A stretch of DNA of 51,610 bases, taken from NCBI RefSeq assembly GCF_001194135.2, contig NC_068982.1, forward strand, positions 25,028,483 to 25,080,092. The letters are read 5' to 3'. A program made the translations under genes and the position numbers. Positions 51,173-51,610 of this stretch are shown piece after piece; position 1 is the first letter of the stretch, and each line of letters opens with the position of its first letter. The notes under the pieces are model-generated. The model had not been told where the DNA came from and did no database searches. It saw only the letters and a list, made by a program, of their open reading frames with translations. Source of the stretch: Octopus bimaculoides (lineage: Eukaryota).

Positions 51173-51610
51173 ATTTTATCAAAAGTGAACAGGGACAAAA
51201 TCATAGTAGTCAGTTGCATGTAAGTGAGCAAGAAAGACAAATATTGATGTATCACATATTGATGTATCACATATAGAAATGTCTCCATCTCACGACAATC
51301 TGTCGCAATCACCAACTGGCGATTGAGAACAGATCCATATAAGATGTAAAGTTAACAGCAAGAAACAAGAATTTCCAAAACTTAATATGGTATTAGTGAA
51401 CAGCGAAAAAGTATAGCGTGAAGATGACTGAGTAGTCGTAGACACGTGAATCTACCACAGTGGGTCTCACCAGCAGGACAATTTTCTAGAATACTCAAGG
51501 GATATAACGAAGAAAATATTAATAATCAATGATATTAATATGTTGCTGCCACTGGTCTCTTAGCTGTATTTGTCTACACACGCAGACTTTATATATATAT
51601 ATATATATAT

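Overview
This is AT-rich, microsatellite-dense animal genomic DNA with 15 N-gaps (about 5.5 kb), most of them flanked by simple repeats, as expected of a short-read assembly. The recurring SINE-like families match my recollection of octopus (coleoid cephalopod) repeats; that is an inference, not a database result. I found no host protein-coding gene I can name, no rRNA or tRNA genes and no CRISPR array, so the window reads as intergenic DNA or a very long intron. Most ORF-track entries are artefacts of N-runs or microsatellites. The supported content is a transposon graveyard: a Tc1-type DDE remnant with DD36E spacing, a mariner N-terminal fragment, a rosa/DD41D-like element, a Penelope-like GIY-YIG endonuclease remnant, 3' ends of RTE and R4/Dong-like LINEs, three tRNA-SINE-like families, a ~215 bp foldback and a TIR-bounded element abutting a perfect local duplication. 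The most interesting signals are two decayed minimal hammerhead ribozymes of the Penelope type (one joined to a tRNA-like head) and a set of minus-strand splice signals, including an AG|GTAAG recursive-splice-like site and a donor buried in a hairpin. These may trace an unannotated long-intron host transcript. I see no convincing evidence of a new multi-gene system.
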